NCBI RefSeq assembly: GCF_009914755.1
Contig: NC_060939.1
Source of the DNA: the human T2T-CHM13v2.0 reference genome, Homo sapiens
Direction: 5' to 3' (one strand)
DNA length: 64,000 nt
Positions 1 to 21,212 of this stretch are shown in pieces. Below the pieces are notes generated by a model. The model was not told the DNA's origin, did no database searches, and saw only the letters and a list, made by a program, of their open reading frames with translations. Numbering within the stretch: the stretch's first letter is position 1; every line of letters begins with the position of its first letter. Position numbers and translations under genes: made by a program.

Positions 1-4087
<4,087 letters not shown>

Positions 4088-5065
4088 GACACCACTAAGA
4101 AAATGAAAAACAAGCCATAGACTGCAAGAAAATGTTTACAAATCACATTTCTGATAAAAGAATTAGATTCAAAATATATAAAGAATTCTTACAATTCAAT
4201 AAGAAGAAAATAGACAACGCTATTAAAAATGGACAGAAAATCTGAACAGACATTTCTTCAAAGAAAACATATAAATGGCTACTTATCAATTAAAAAATAT
4301 TTCACATCCTAAGTCCTTAGGGAAATGCAAGTTATAACCACAATGAAATGCCACTTTTGGCCTACTAGAATGGCTATAATAAAAAAAAACAATAACAACT
4401 GTTGACAAGGATGTGGAGAAATTGAAACCCTCATCTATTGCTGATGGAAATGTGTTATGGTACAGCCACTTTGTGAAACAATTTGGCAGTTATTTAAGAA
4501 GTCAAACATAAGCTTACCCAATGACCCAGCAATTCTACCCCTAGGAACCTACCCAAAAGAAAAGAAAACAATGTCTATGCAAAGACGTGTTTGTGAATGT
4601 TTATAGCAGGGTAATTCATAATAGCCTAAAACTGGAAACAACCCATCAACTAATTTTGTTTATGATAGATGCATAAACAAAATGTGATATTCATACAATG
4701 GAATACTACTCAACAATAAAAAGGAACAAAATATTAACACATGTTACAATTTGGATGAACCTCGAAAACACACTGTGCTAAATGAAAAAGAAACCAGATG
4801 CAAAAGATTGCATATTTTATCATTCCATTTATGTGAACTGTCTTGGAAAGGCAAGTTGGTAGAGACAGAACAGATCAGTGATTTCTTGGAGCTGGGATGG
4901 AAACAGGCTGACAGCAAACAGCCAGTACTTTTGGGGGGGTGATGGAAATGTCCTAAAACTGGATTTTGATGATGGTTACACAACTCCCTAAATTTGCCAA
5001 AAATCACTGGCTTATACGCTTATAATTGGAAAATTTTATGGAATGTAAAAATTATTCAACAAATT
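4088..5065 (+). mobile_element. Old L1M (L1ME-like) ORF2 end and 3' UTR
   Basis: Typical L1ME 3' motifs (atggaatactactcaacaataaaaagg, gatggaaatgtcctaaaactggatt). Confidence 0.75.
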
Positions 5066-5169
5066 GAATTATTCAATTAATAATTATTCAAAATTATTCG
5101 AAAATATCCAGTAAAATTGATTTCTTAAAAATACAATGGATTAATTTTTTTTAAAAAAGATTGTAACAA

Positions 5170-5700
5170 ATCAATTATAAAAAAGAGAAAAGAGTAGCTT
5201 TACAGTGAAGAAATCTAGCAGACACTCCCTTAACTGTGATCAGGGTTATCACCAGTAGTAACATTCATATCGTGCACCCTACCTCTCTGATATGATGTGA
5301 GGAGAAAGGTACTTCCCTTTCCTCCCAAATTCAAAGCCCCATAGTCTAATAATGAGAAAACATCAGGCAAGTATATATTAAGGGACATTCTATAGATCAC
5401 CTGACTGGTACTTCTCAAAAGTGTCCAGATGGTGAAAAATAAGGAAAAACCAAGAAAAGGTCTCAGATTGGAAGAGTAGACTAAAGAGACTTGAAGACTA
5501 AATGTAACATGTATGCTGGATCAGGAAGAGGAAAAGGACATTGGTGGAAAATTAGCCAATACTGACATCTTTGTTTTGATAATTATTCCATGGTTATAGA
5601 AGATGTTGACACTAGGGGGTTGGAGGGTGAAGGGTGAACAGGCACCTTCTGTACTATCTTTGTAACTCTTCCGTAAATCTAAAATTCTTTCAAAATAAAC
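5170..5700 (+). mobile_element. L1MC4/5-like 3' fragment
   Basis: agggacattcta...gactaaagagac...ctgtactatctttgtaactcttccgtaaatctaaaatt motifs. Confidence 0.65.
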
Positions 5701-6539
5701 AGGTAGAGGAGGAAGAAGAAGAAACAAAAATCCTCCAGCAGCCTTTTATAAATGCTGATCACACCTTCAGATTGGTCAAATAAAATTCATCTTGTAACAT
5801 CAACTCCCAAAGCCGATTCTTATTACAAACCCAGTCATGAACAGGGGCTGAAGCAATAATCCGGTTGTGCTCAAGTGGGCTTGCTACTCATAATCAGAAC
5901 ATAAAGTCCAAGGAAACCCTAGCAACATAGCACAGAATATTTGATAGGAACCATAGCAACGATCTCGCCCATACTACCCATTTTATAGACATGGCAACTG
6001 ACAGGGTCAAAAAAAGGTTAAAAACAGGGAGGACGTGGGACTTGGCCCCAACTGTCCAAAGATGTCTCTCTTCAGCTCATGGGGCATCTTTTGATCCCAG
6101 AGCAAACCTAGACCAACCCATGCCGTGAAGTAGTTGGGGTCACAACTGAGCCAAGAACAAGATCTTCTGATGCCCTTTCTTTTTCTTCTACTTCACGCCT
6201 AAAATCACTTCCACTGACTACACAAGTTGTCTCTCTACCTAACAACACTTTGAAGACTAAAGCCTATTCCAAAATGTGCACTATCCAAAATCAGATGAAG
6301 CTGTGTCCCTCAGGTAAATGTTCAGAAAGGCCTGTTACATGAGGATAATTAGTCCTGGATAAAGGGTCAGGGGAACAGATCCAAAGAGACCACAATTCAT
6401 AGCAAATAGTTGGGGAGGGCAGGTATGGCAAAGTACAGACCAGTCAGAACATACAACCCATAAGACCACAGCAGGGTGAACCAACCAAACTGTCAGTAGC
6501 GTGAGATGGTTTTAACCATGAATGCTGATAGCAGAAAAC

Positions 6540-7190
6540 AAAAATGGCTAAAAGTGAACATGCTAAGCATCAGAATTTACAATATTCAAAAAGAACAGAA
6601 GAAACTCAAAGAAAATAAAGGGAAAAAGACAAAAAGGATAGACATTAATGAAATAGAAAGGAAAGAAACAACAGAAAGTTTTTAAAAATTCAAGAGTTGC
6701 TAAAATAAGAAAGAAAGGAGAGACAGTATATCAAGTATATTATGAATTAAAAGAGATATCCCTACAGATGTGGCAAAAGTTTAAAAGAAAAGAAAAGATG
6801 ATAATAAACTTGAAAACAAATAAAAAGGACAAATTCCTAGGATAAGACAACCCACCAAAACTGACTCAAGAAAAAACCAAAAAACTAACTTGTCCTATGA
6901 AGATTAAAACCTTAAATCAGTAGCTTAAAATCCTCCAGCACTGAAGACATCAGGCACAAATGATTTTAGAGATAAGTTCTATCAAACTTCCAAGAACACC
7001 TTCAAGAGAACAAAAAATAAAGAGAACATTCCCCCTCTCAGTCTATGAGTATAATATAGCCTTTGAGGGAAAAAGAAAAAGCCAAGGACAGGAAGAATAT
7101 GTCAACAGTAGTCATTTGTGAACATAAAGAAAATAAAAATAAACAAATATTAACATACTGGATTCAACAAGGCATACAAAGCTAATTTAG
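6540..7190 (+). mobile_element. Old L1M ORF2 fragment
   Basis: A-rich L1 ORF2-like sequence (ggacaaattcctag...ccaaaactgactcaagaa...ttctatcaaac). Confidence 0.6.
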
Positions 7191-8080
7191 GTCACCATAG
7201 GGGGCTAGTTTCTCTGCTCATTAACCTGGCTGCTCTGGAGGAGAGGCAAGACCAATAACCCACACAAAACAAAGAAAAGAAAAACTAGGGTTACTTTAAT
7301 GAAGATACGAGTGATTTCTTGGAATACCTAAGACAGAATTCACAGATTGCCCACCAGGAAATGACAGGGGCAGACAGCTAGAAAGTAATGGAAGAAACTG
7401 TATCTACTTCAAAAAGGCGATTTGTCAGGAAGGAGGAAGATTAAAAAGACAAGTGGCGGGACAAATTCCATAATGTACGTCTCTGCCCAGCTGCTTTTGA
7501 GAATCAAGACAGGCCACCAGGAAAGTTATGGTGTGGATGTCAGAGCACAAAATAAACAAGTGCCTGGCCAAAGATGACCCAGCTTTCAGCAAATTTCCTT
7601 TTGCAGTATTTCTTTTGTGGAGCTGTGACGCACCCACCCAGGTCTTGTCCTGATAATTTTAAGAGACATTGTACTGATGGTGGCTGCTGCACCTGCTGTG
7701 GCTCTGTAGAGTGTTTTATGAAGAACTGCTCTAAAAAGCCAAATTCAAGTCAAGTAGTAACAGTTGCTAGTCCAAGAGAATGAGTGCAAATTGTGACGAT
7801 ATTTAGGATACTCCTAAACCACAGAAATCCAATACAGAGATGGCTAAGAGTTCAATTTTGCTAAGTGTTATTACTATCTTTTAGTTACAATCATGCTATT
7901 ATGTCTGTCCTGGGCCCACTTCACGAGGTTAGAGCCAGACTCCCTTGGAACCTAGCACAGTTAAGCATCCATTGAAGATACTAGTAAGTGGTCAGAATGT
8001 TCCTAAATTCTGCCCACCAAGAACTACTACACCAATTTAGATTAAATAATTTTTTGGAAAAAAAATTGCATTCTCTAGAA

Positions 8081-8297
8081 CAGGGGTTGGCAAACTTTTT
8101 CTGTAAAGATCAGAGAGTAAATGCTTTAGGCTTTGGGAGCCATAAAGTCTCTGTTGCAACTACTCAACTCTACAGTTGAAATGCAAAAGCAACCAAGGAC
8201 AATATGAGTGGGCATAGCAATATGCCAATAAAACTTTATTTACAGAAACAAGCAATGGGCATGATTTGGCTCACAGACCACAGTTTGCTAATGTCTG
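8081..8297 (+). mobile_element. MER58A-like hAT-Charlie MITE
   Basis: Starts caggggttggcaaactttttctgtaaag, contains caataaaactttatttac, and has a degenerate terminal inverted repeat. Confidence 0.8.
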
Positions 8298-8723
8298 CCC
8301 AGAAAAACATCATTTTTAACAGGAGGAACTAAGCTTTTATAATATCTATTTGTAATAATTATATGTTTCTCAAAAACAATTAAAAATAATGCATTCACAT
8401 GAACCATCCCAAAATAGGACACACCTGGAGAAAAGCTTTAGTTATATTATTTTCCCTTTTAAAATTTCATTTATTTCTACATATTTTGCTATTATAACAG
8501 GAATGAATTTATAAGGTGCCACAAAATTTGATTTACTTTTTAAATATTCAAAAAAAGCTCAGGAAAAAAAAAAAAAAAAAAAAAACTTGACCTAGCAGAT
8601 TTATCCCAGGTAGTATAACATAAGAAAATCTATATCAGTAATGTACCTCATTTAAAGATTACAGGAGAAAGGCTGCTTCAGTTCAGCATTGTGCTGGACC
8701 CTGAACATTACTCAATCCATTAA

Positions 8724-9032
<309 letters not shown>

Positions 9033-9074
9033 AGAAAACAGAAAATTTTAAAAAGCAAAAGAAACTATAAGAAT

Positions 9075-9889
9075 GGGCAATCTTTTCAATGAATGGTGCT
9101 GGAAAAACTGGATATACATATGCAAAAGAATGAAGTTGGACCCTTAGCTGACACTATACACAAAAATTAACTCAAAATGGATCAAAGACCTAAATGTAAG
9201 ACCTAAAGCTATAAAACTCTTAGAAGAAAACATATGGCAGAAGCTTCGTGACACTGGATTTGGCAATGATTTCTTGAATATGACACCAATGACACAGGCA
9301 ATTGGACTTCATGAAAATTTATAAATTTTGTGCATCAAAAGTCAGTATCAACAAAGTAAAAAGGCATCACATAGAATGGGAGAGAAAAATTGCAAATAAT
9401 ATATCTGATAAGGGATTATTATGGTCTGAATGTGTCCCCCAAAATTCATGTATTGAAACTTAATCACCAAAGTGATAGTATTAAGAGATAGGGCCTTTAG
9501 AGGGTGATTAGGCCTTGAAGGCTCCAGCCTCATGGATGAGATTGGCACTCCTATGAAAGGGCTGGAGGGAGTGAGTGGAAGGAGGCCCTTTTCTCCCCTT
9601 TCCATCCTTTCACCATGTGAGGACACGGCATTCATCCCCTCAGGAAGATACGTTAACAAGATGCCATTTGGAGGCAAATGGCAGGATTCATTTGGGTCCT
9701 CACTAGACACTGAACCTGCTAGTATCTTGATCTTAGACTTCTCAGCCTCCAGAACTGTGAGAAATAAATTTCTATTGCTCATAAATTACCCAATCTGTGG
9801 TATTTTGTTATAGCACCACAAACAGACTAAGGTGGGGGTTAATATCTAGAAAATACAGAGAACTATTCAACCTCAACAACATGAAAACA

Positions 9890-9890
<1 letters not shown>
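9075..9890 (+). mobile_element. L1M ORF2 fragment interrupted by an MST LTR
   Basis: L1 sequence tatctgataaggg resumes as gttaatatctagaa after the LTR. Confidence 0.7.
9416..9833 (+). mobile_element. MaLR solo LTR (MSTC/MSTD-like)
   Basis: atggtctgaatgtgtccccc...cagaactgtgagaaataaatttct...acagactaag. Confidence 0.8.
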
Positions 9891-12020
<2,130 letters not shown>

Positions 12021-12039
12021 CTTTAAATATGAATAATGT

Positions 12040-12175
12040 TATGTAACCATCATCACCATCCATGTCCAGAACTCTTTCCATATTGTAAATGGAAACTCTG
12101 TACCCATTAAACAATAACTCCCTGTTTCCCTCTCCCTCTAGTTCTTGAAACCACCATTTTGCTTTGTATGAATTT
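12040..12175 (-). mobile_element. L1MB 3' UTR fragment
   Basis: accatcatcaccatccatgtccagaac...aactctgtacccattaaacaataactcc. Confidence 0.6.
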
Positions 12176-12502
12176 GAGACAAATTCACAATTTGAATATG
12201 AGTATTTTTTAAATTAATATTTTTTAATTGACAGATAAATATTGTATATATCTTTGGTGTACAATATGATGTCTTGAAATATGTATAGATTATGGAAAGG
12301 CTTATACAATATATTTATTTGTAATATATTGATCACCATCCCCCAAATTAAATACTAATAAAAAATAAGACTTTGTTAAATAATGTTGATCTTTGAAAAG
12401 CCATAAACCACTGTAAATATCTAAGATTTTTTTTTGCTCCCCAAGAACAAATCACTGTCTTACTGGGGGCAATATCTCCTTGCTGAGAATGTGTGCCTTA
12501 GG

Positions 12503-12620
12503 TCAGTGGTTCTCACACTGTAGAATACACGAGAATCACCTGCAGGACTTGTTAACACAGACTGCTGGGCCCCACTGCAGAGTTTCTGATTCAGTAGGTC
12601 TGGGGTAGAGCCTGAGAATT
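12503..12620. mobile_element. MER5A fragment
   Basis: cagtggttctca...gaatcacctg...tctgattcagtaggtctgggg. Confidence 0.75.
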
Positions 12621-13949
12621 CCTGTATCCTATACTACATGAGCAGCACAAAGCTGTGTCCTCTGCAGGGCTCTAAAAGTTAAGAGTTGTCAACAAAGGGC
12701 TGCCTGGTGGTCTTGACTAAGAGTATTACAGCCCAGGTTAAGGCCAGAATACTTTTAGGCAAGACCTCCAGGATTCCTCCATGGATTATTATGGGATGTC
12801 TGCCAAACCCATAGCTCTTTAAAATTGCCCCACCATAGCCTCAGTTAAAGAGACAGGGCTAGATGGCCATCTCTGATCCATAGCACCCAGCCTACCTGAC
12901 CACAGCTGAGCAAAAGGTGGACCCATGATCCATCCATAAGAAACCAAACCACCGGCCAGCTGGACTAGCACTATAGTAGGTCCTGGCCCTTGAAAGCGGG
13001 TACAGTTAGAGGCCAGTCTGGCATCACAGCAAACTAAAGTCAACATTCTAAGGGAGCAAGAAACATAAGTAAGTAAAGGAAGCTGGTCTGCAAAGAGACT
13101 AGCAGAGTAGCACCCCACTAACAGCTGTGGGGTCCCCATCCCAGCCTTAGAAGCCAGGCAGCACCTCACGAACTTCCCCTGCCCTCTTCCAGTGCCCTCC
13201 CTTCTTGTAAGTCCAGGAGTAGACTTCTGTTCCTTGCAGTGGCAAGCCCCTTCTCTTTGGGTGGCAGACTCGGTACCCGAAACAACACTGCACTCTTGCC
13301 ACTCCATTTTTTGCTATGCTTCTACTAAAGTCCAGAAGATGGCAAGGGGTCCCTGCTTGACGGGACAACAGTGCAGGAGGTCCCTGTGGGCCTGGTGTCT
13401 GGGGAAGGCAGAGAACAGAAGGCCCTGGTGACAGGCAGGGCTGAGGCCGACTCCACAGTGTCACTGTCATCTCACAGGTCCCATGCTTGCCTGGGCTCCA
13501 AACCACCTGGTTTAATATTTTTAAGTGTTGCCCTTGTATTTGTTCAAGGACTTTCAGAAATCATTTGTGTTGGGCTTTCAGGAATCTGAAATGCAAAAGT
13601 GTTCTTTTTAGGTTTTTATACAAAACCACAATACTTATTAGCTCTGCCTTAAATTGGCCGACTCTCCACTCCCCAGTGAGTATTTTCTTCCCTTGAATGC
13701 TAACGGTTTTGTGGAATGGTGGTTTTAGAGCAAAAGTTAAAGTAAAACCTCACAATTTTGATTACCTAGGGAAAATTTCAACGTGAAATAGTGAAATGGC
13801 TAAAGTGTCAATATTTTGTAAGAAAGACAATTACAGAACCATCAAACAAAGGGAGAAACTCAAACCACCCTACTAGCAAAATGTGTCCAAAGAGAGGTCT
13901 ACCTGAAAATATCTTATTTGTTCTATATAAAGGCACTCACTTGTTTGAA

Positions 13950-14671
<722 letters not shown>

Positions 14672-14692
14672 AATGTATACTCTTCAATAGGC

Positions 14693-15074
14693 GTATTAGT
14701 CTGTTCCCACATTGCTATAAAGAAATACCTGAAACTGGGTAATTTATAAGAAAAGAGGCTTAAGTAGCTCAGGGTTCCACAGGCTGTATAGGAAGCATGG
14801 CTGGGGAGACCTCAAGAAACTTTCAATCATGGCAGAAGGCAAAGAGGAAGCAGGCACATCTTACATGGCCAGAGCAGGAGGAAGAGAGAGTGAAGGGGGA
14901 GGTACTATACACTTTTAAACAACTAGAACTCTTGAGAATTCATTCACATCATGAGAACAGCAAGGGGGAAGTCCACCCCATGACCCAATCACTTCCCACC
15001 AGGCCCCCACTCCACCACTGGGGGTTACAACTGGACATGAAATTTGGGTGGGGCCACAAATCCAAACCATATCA
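14693..15074 (-). mobile_element. MSTA MaLR solo LTR
   Basis: gtattagtctgttc...ctgtataggaagcatgg...caaatccaaaccatatca. Confidence 0.85.
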
Positions 15075-15599
15075 GTAGGTAAAACCTGGCCCCTGTGATC
15101 CTATTTATGCAATGAATTTGTACATTTTGTTTTCCTCACAGAATGAAATTATAAACTTCAGCCAAGCCCAGGCTAAATTAACAGACATTCTGAATCATAT
15201 GGATCTAAGATTATGAAGAGAAACTGTTGTGCTGAAAAGTGGAGAAGCATGCCATTTGCTGTGCCCATCTCTCAAACATCAATACAACATCACCACAAAA
15301 CACTGTGACAGGCACCAAGACAGAGCCAAGACTGGAGAAACATCATTAACTGTTCTGAACTTCTGAACTATAAACCCCTCCTATAGCCAATTAAACCACA
15401 TGTACTCACTGGCAAATTTTCTTAACTTACATATGTAAAATAACAAAATAAAATATACCTAATCACCATCAAAATTACTTTTTGTTTAATTTACCTGCAT
15501 GCATAGCAACCATTTTTTAATTCATCTAAATACATCCCTCTCTCAACTTATAGGAAGAGAGGGGAAGGCAAGGAACAAAATCCTATGATCTATACATGA

Positions 15600-18500
15600 A
15601 TAGAATATTAGATAACGCTGGTGAGATGAAGTGGTCATGCAAATCCCTATATATAATAACTATTAAAAAAATAAATTTAATAAAACATTTAAAGACACTG
15701 CAAGGCATCCAAAAGCAGATAGAAGCCAGAGGAAAATTTACTTTCAGAAAACTGGAATAGGTAGAACCTGTGAGTTTTCAGCTTACCAGCCACAGGATTA
15801 ATTCCACCTGCGAGGCTATAAAAAAACATTTGTAGGAAAAACCGCAGCCTTACCAGCTAAACATGTCAAATATCAGAATTCAGGATGGGAAAAAAAACAC
15901 AGAAATTTAATGAGGAAGCCCTAGCAGCAAGAGAACCACAGAATTAGTGAGACCCAAATTCAGAGCATAAACTTCCGAAATCTGGCTTATAGCTAATCTG
16001 CGTATGAGTGGAGCAGACCCCAAGGGATCCGGCAAAAAAGAAGTCAGAGCCCAGAGAGATACCCACTCTTGAAAGATGGAATTGCACAGAATTAGACCTG
16101 TGACTTTGACACTTTCCTTAACCAAGGACATTCCTCAACTTGGGCAGCTGTAGTAACAGAAGACTGAAGTCAAATAAATTGTTTGAAGGGTCAGATTACG
16201 GAATCCAAATCTGGCAGAAGCAAGGAAATCACAGAGAAGGTAAGTCACATCCATGTCCAAATCTTTGTTGAACCACCAACTTTGCAGGTACAGGGAAGAA
16301 CTCTACAGGGCCAGGCTAAAGAAGCAGCCATGGGAAGCCATACAAACAGATGTCAGCAGCTACATATCACAAGGGAGATGAAGTGTGCAGTTTAAATTCA
16401 GGCAAGTTCAATGCCTGCTAAAACAAAAATCTCAAAATCCTCGGAAATCAAAAAAGAATTTCAGTTGCTGCAACGACTAGTTTTCAACCAAAAATTACTA
16501 AATATGCAAAGAAACAGGAAAGTATGACCCTTACTCAGGAAAAAAAATAATGGTGGTCAGTAGAACTGAGTTTACATAGGCCCAGATATTGACAGACAAG
16601 GACTTCGAACCAGCTTTACAAATGTATTCAAATAATTAAAATAATTCCATGACTTCAAACCAGCTTTACAAATATATTCAAAGAATTAAAATAAAATAAT
16701 CCCAAGAATTAAAGAAAAAGATATAATCAAATGAATAAATAGACAGGGAATCTCAATAAAGAATTGAAAACTCTACACAATAATACAAGTTTTAGCACTG
16801 AAAAGTACAATAACTAAATTTTTCAATAGACTTAGCAGCAGATTATAGATGGCAGATGAACCTGAATATAGATCAAGATAAATTAAACCAAAGGAGAAAG
16901 AAAAATATTCCAAGAAAAATAAAATTTCAGAGGCCTGTAAGACAATATGAAGCACCCTAACATACATATGGCTGCAAACCCAGAAAAAGAAGACAACTGG
17001 AACTGTGAGGAATAAATTTCTGTTGTTTATAAATTATCCAGTCTCTTGCATTTGTTATAGAAGCACAAATGGACTAAGATATAGATGTATCACAGTCAAC
17101 TGCAAAAAAAAAGTCAAAGTTAAAGAGAAAGCCTTGAAAGCAGTCAAAGAAAAAATGACGTTTTGTTTATGAGGGGACAAGAATAAGAGGAATGGCTGAC
17201 TTCTCACCCAAAATTATGAAAGCCAGATGATATTGGAACAAAATATTCAAAGTGCTGAAAGAAAAGAAGTGATCTCTAATAATTGTGTATCTGGATAAAC
17301 TATCTTTCAAATATGAAAGTGAAATAAAAACATTTTCAGTAAACAAAAATTAATGGAATTTGTTGCCAGCAGAATGGCACTATAAGAAATACTAAGGGAA
17401 GCTGTATTAGTCTGTTTTGTGCTGCTATAAAAGAATACCTGAGGCTGGGTAATTTGTAAAGAAGAGAGGTTTATTTGGCTCCTGATTCTGCAGGCTGTAC
17501 AAGAAGCATGGCACCAGCATCTGCTTCTGGTGGGGCCTCAGGAAGCTTCCATTCATGGTGGAAGGCAAAGGAGAGCAGCCATGTCACATGGAGAGAGAGG
17601 GAGCAAGAGAGAGATGGGAGGTGCCATACTTTTTTAAACAATCTGCTCTAGTATGAACTAATACAGCTAGACTCACTCAGTATCATAGGGAAGGTGCTAA
17701 GTCATTCATGAGGGATCTGCCGCCATGACCCACCCACTTCTCAGTAGGCCCCATCTCCATCTCCAACAATGGGGGGGTCACATTTTAACCTGAGATTTGG
17801 AGGGGACAAATATCCAACCTATATCAGAAGTATTTTGGCCTGAAGGAAAATTACACTGGATAGCAACTGTTTAAAAGAGCATGGCACTTCCCCACTCTTG
17901 CTCCCTTGCAGATATGAATGACATCACCAGTCACCATAACCTGACAGTTCTAAACACTACACCCAACAACCACCGAATATACTCTTTTAAGTCCCCACAG
18001 AATGTTCCCAAAGATAGACCACACACTAGGCCATAAAACAGCTCTCAGTCATTTTCAGAATATTAAATATAGCAGGCTATATTCTCTTACTGCAGCAGAA
18101 TTAAATTAGAAATAAAAAAAAATCAGAGATAGCCCCCAAATATCTGGAAATTAAAAACTCACTTTTAAAGAACCCACAGAAATCACAAAGTATTTTAGAA
18201 AATATTTTCAACTGAATAATAATGAAAATTGATCAATTAGACTTCATCAAGATTTAAAACTTTTGCTCTCTGAAAGCCACTGTCATCAAAATGAAAATGT
18301 TTTCAAAACATATATCTGATAAAAAGCTCTTATCTAAAATATATAAAGAACTCTTGAAGCTCAATAATTTAAAAAACAATTAAAAATGGGCAAAAATATT
18401 TGAACAGACACTTCATCAAACAAGTTATATGATCATCAAATAAGCACATGTTCAATGTCATTCATCATTAGTGAAATAGTGAAATGTGAATTAAAACCAA

Positions 18501-18620
18501 AATTAGCCACCACTTCACACTTTATAGACTGGCTAAAATGAAAAAGATTGACAATACCAAGTACTGACAAGGATGTGGTGCAACTGTAACTCTCAGACAT
18601 TGCTGCTGGTAATATATATA
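15600..18620 (+). mobile_element. Highly decayed old L1M (5'/ORF1 and ORF2 pieces), interrupted by MaLR LTRs; boundaries approximate
   Basis: ORF1-like A-rich motifs (aaattactaaatatgcaaagaaacaggaaa; atattcaaagtgctgaaagaa) followed by ORF2 pieces. Confidence 0.6.
17403..17826 (-). mobile_element. MSTB MaLR solo LTR
   Basis: tgtattagtctgttttgtgctgc...gcaccagcatctgcttctgg...tatatca; TSD gaagc/gaagt. Confidence 0.85.
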
Positions 18621-18762
18621 TATATAGATTCCACAGAAATAGCCTCATTGTGTCTCCCTAAAAATGTTAATCCATAACAAGGCAGTAAAAAATTTTAAAG
18701 TTGGCAATGAAAACCTGAAAAATACATTTGCTTCATTTATTTTATTTTCTACAAGTTTGATA

Positions 18763-19030
18763 CTTTTTTTTTTTATTTGAGACAGGGTCTCACTCTTTTA
18801 CCCAGGATGGAGTGCAGTGGCATGATCTCGGCTCAAGTGATCCTCCCACCTCAGCCTCCTGAGTAGCTGGGACCACAGGCATGCACCACCATGCCCAGCT
18901 GGTTTTTGTACTTTTAATAGAGATGGGGTTTCACCATGTTGCCCAGGCTAGTCTTGAACTCCTGAGCTCAAGCAATCTGCCCACCTTGGCCTCCCAAAGT
19001 GCTGGGATTACAGGCGTGAGCCACCACGCA
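18763..19030 (-). mobile_element. AluJ with a small internal deletion
   Basis: Alu consensus sequence with poly(T) on the left. Confidence 0.85.
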
Positions 19031-20026
19031 CATTTGACACTTTTTAAACCCACTAAATTGCCAAGTAACTAACAGTCCATTGCCACTTCAAAAACCAGTT
19101 CATTAATGAAAATAATGTGACCTCACAAGCAGCTTCAGGGAACTTTTCACTGAATTTGTAGGATCCATCAGAAATGAAAAGGCAGAATTCAAGCACCCAG
19201 TCTGACCTGCCTCAGCTCAGCATCCTTAGGTCTTCCCTCTCCTCCAAGGCCCTGAATCGGCCTGGGGAAGAGCATAGCGGCTGCAGACAACCCCTGTGTC
19301 CCTCCCCGGAATCAGGACCCTTGGTATCACTGCCTCCAGGAATAGCAGCAGGACCAGGCAAGACCAAGGTCAAGCTCCTTCTGCCGCCTACCTGTGGTTT
19401 CACACATCAAGCTGGCATCTGTTAACAGTTTTTGTTAGTATTAGTAGGATGTCTACACCACAAATGATTTGGTTACAGACTCAAAAACAGCCATTTGGTA
19501 GAAAATGACCACTGATGAGTCTCCCAGGAAAGAGGAATTACAAAAAGCTTCCTTTTCATTTTAATTTTTCTCTAGGCCCCTTGGTCTATCTTAAATGGTG
19601 AAAGAACATGACCATTCAAAAAAGTGAAAGGGCATCAAAGTCTGAGGACAAAGGCTGTCGTGAGGAAAAGAGCTGAAAGACACAGGGGCTAAAGCTACGA
19701 CTGACTTTGCAAATATAATTAACCAAGAAATGAAGAAGTGGTTTGGATGAGAAACTGCTGTATCTCACTGAGGAAAAAACAAAAAAGCGAGAAACACAAA
19801 TTTATCGCATCCTGGACAGGTCAACCACACACACAACGTGAACGTGGCTCAGAACCAAACTCAGCCTCTTTAGCGCCCAAGAAAAACATCTAACTCGTAG
19901 TATATCCATGGCAGTTTACTGAGAAGATTAATTTTTGCTAAAATTGAGAACTTTTTGACAACCAAATGATGGGGCTGGAATTAGTTAGGTGAGAGATGTT
20001 GACAGCCTTTAAAAATTAAATAAAGA

Positions 20027-20530
20027 GGCCAGGTGCGGTGGTTCATGCCTGTAATCCCAGCACTTTGGGAGGCTGAGGCAGGAGGATCACTTGAGCCCAA
20101 GAATTGGAGGCAGCAGTGAGTTATGATCACGACATCGTACTCCAGCCTGGGTGACAAAGAGATCCCATCTCAAAAAAAAAGAAAAGAAAGAATGAAAAAA
20201 AGAAAGCAACTTTAAAGAAGAAAACCAGTGGCCAGGCGCAGTGGCACACACCTGCAATCCCAGCACTTTGGGAGGCTGGAGTGGGCAGATAGCTTAAGCT
20301 CAGGAGCTCGAGACCAGCCTGGGCAACATGGCAAAACCCCATCTCTACAAAAAATACAAAAATTAGCCAGACATGGCTGTAGTCCCAGCTACTCAGGAGG
20401 CTGAGGTGGCAGGATCACCTGAGCCCAGAAGTTGAGGCTGCAGTGAGCCATGATCGTGCCACTGTACTCCAGCCTGGGTGACATCAAGCAAGACCCTGCC
20501 TCAAAAAATTAAAAATAATAATAAAAAAGA
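20027..20530 (+). mobile_element. Alu monomer (FRAM-like, 20027-20220) followed by AluJ (20230-20530)
   Basis: Two GGCCAGG starts, each followed by an A-rich tail. Confidence 0.85.
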
Positions 20531-21034
20531 AGAGACAAATCACTTCAGCAAAATGGTACTAGTCCCACACTTAGCACTGGTCACTGCCCTTCAAGTCAGA
20601 GACTTTCACCCTAACCTTGTTATCATGGCCGGACTCCCTCTCTTCTAATGTCTATAAATCTTGGCATCCAAGCTGCTTTGGCTCCACATGTCAGCTATTA
20701 GCAGTGGTATTTTTCCTGACAACTAACTAGTAACACTGAAAGAAAGAAATGAAATTTTATACCATTAATTACAATTAGTTATTTTTTAGAGGGGACATGG
20801 CACTGCCTGGAAATCAAAGGGACATGCTTTTCACCATGTTTGCCACTGAGATGAGAAATGTGGTGGAAATGGAATCCATACGTGGGGTTTATTTACACCC
20901 AACTTAATCCACGATACTTCCTGTGCTAGAAGATTCTCTCCACATAGCTGGTGCTGAGCAAGCCCTCCAGGCCAGGCAGACCCCTAGACAGCCCCACTCA
21001 GTCCAGCCTGAAGTGGTGGCCATGCATCCCTCAC

Positions 21035-21212
21035 CTTTCATCTTGGTTGTGTAAAACCCAACAGCCGCTCCACGTCTCCACAGGATTTTAGCTTGTTCCT
21101 TCACAGAGTGAGGTAGAAAAAACATGTCATCATCATCCAAATTTCTCTCCAATCTTCCAAAAATAATGGCGTTTAGAATGAAAAGCACAACCCTTTCCCC
21201 AAACGACTGAAC
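21035..21212 (-). CDS. FAM169B: FAM169B coding exon, 178 nt (VQSFGERVVLFILNAIIFGRLERNLDDDDMFFLPHSVKEQAKILWRRGAAVGFYTTKMK+G)
   Basis: Pyrimidine-rich acceptor ctttctgtttttttcttgaaag|GTT and donor AAAG|gtgagg; 59 codons + 1 nt with no stop; overlaps ORF-track 20904..21188. Confidence 0.93.

Noticed and set aside
8563-8586. Isolated poly(A) run as a possible retrocopy tail
   Set aside because: No TSD or recognisable mRNA-like body; treated as a mononucleotide repeat.
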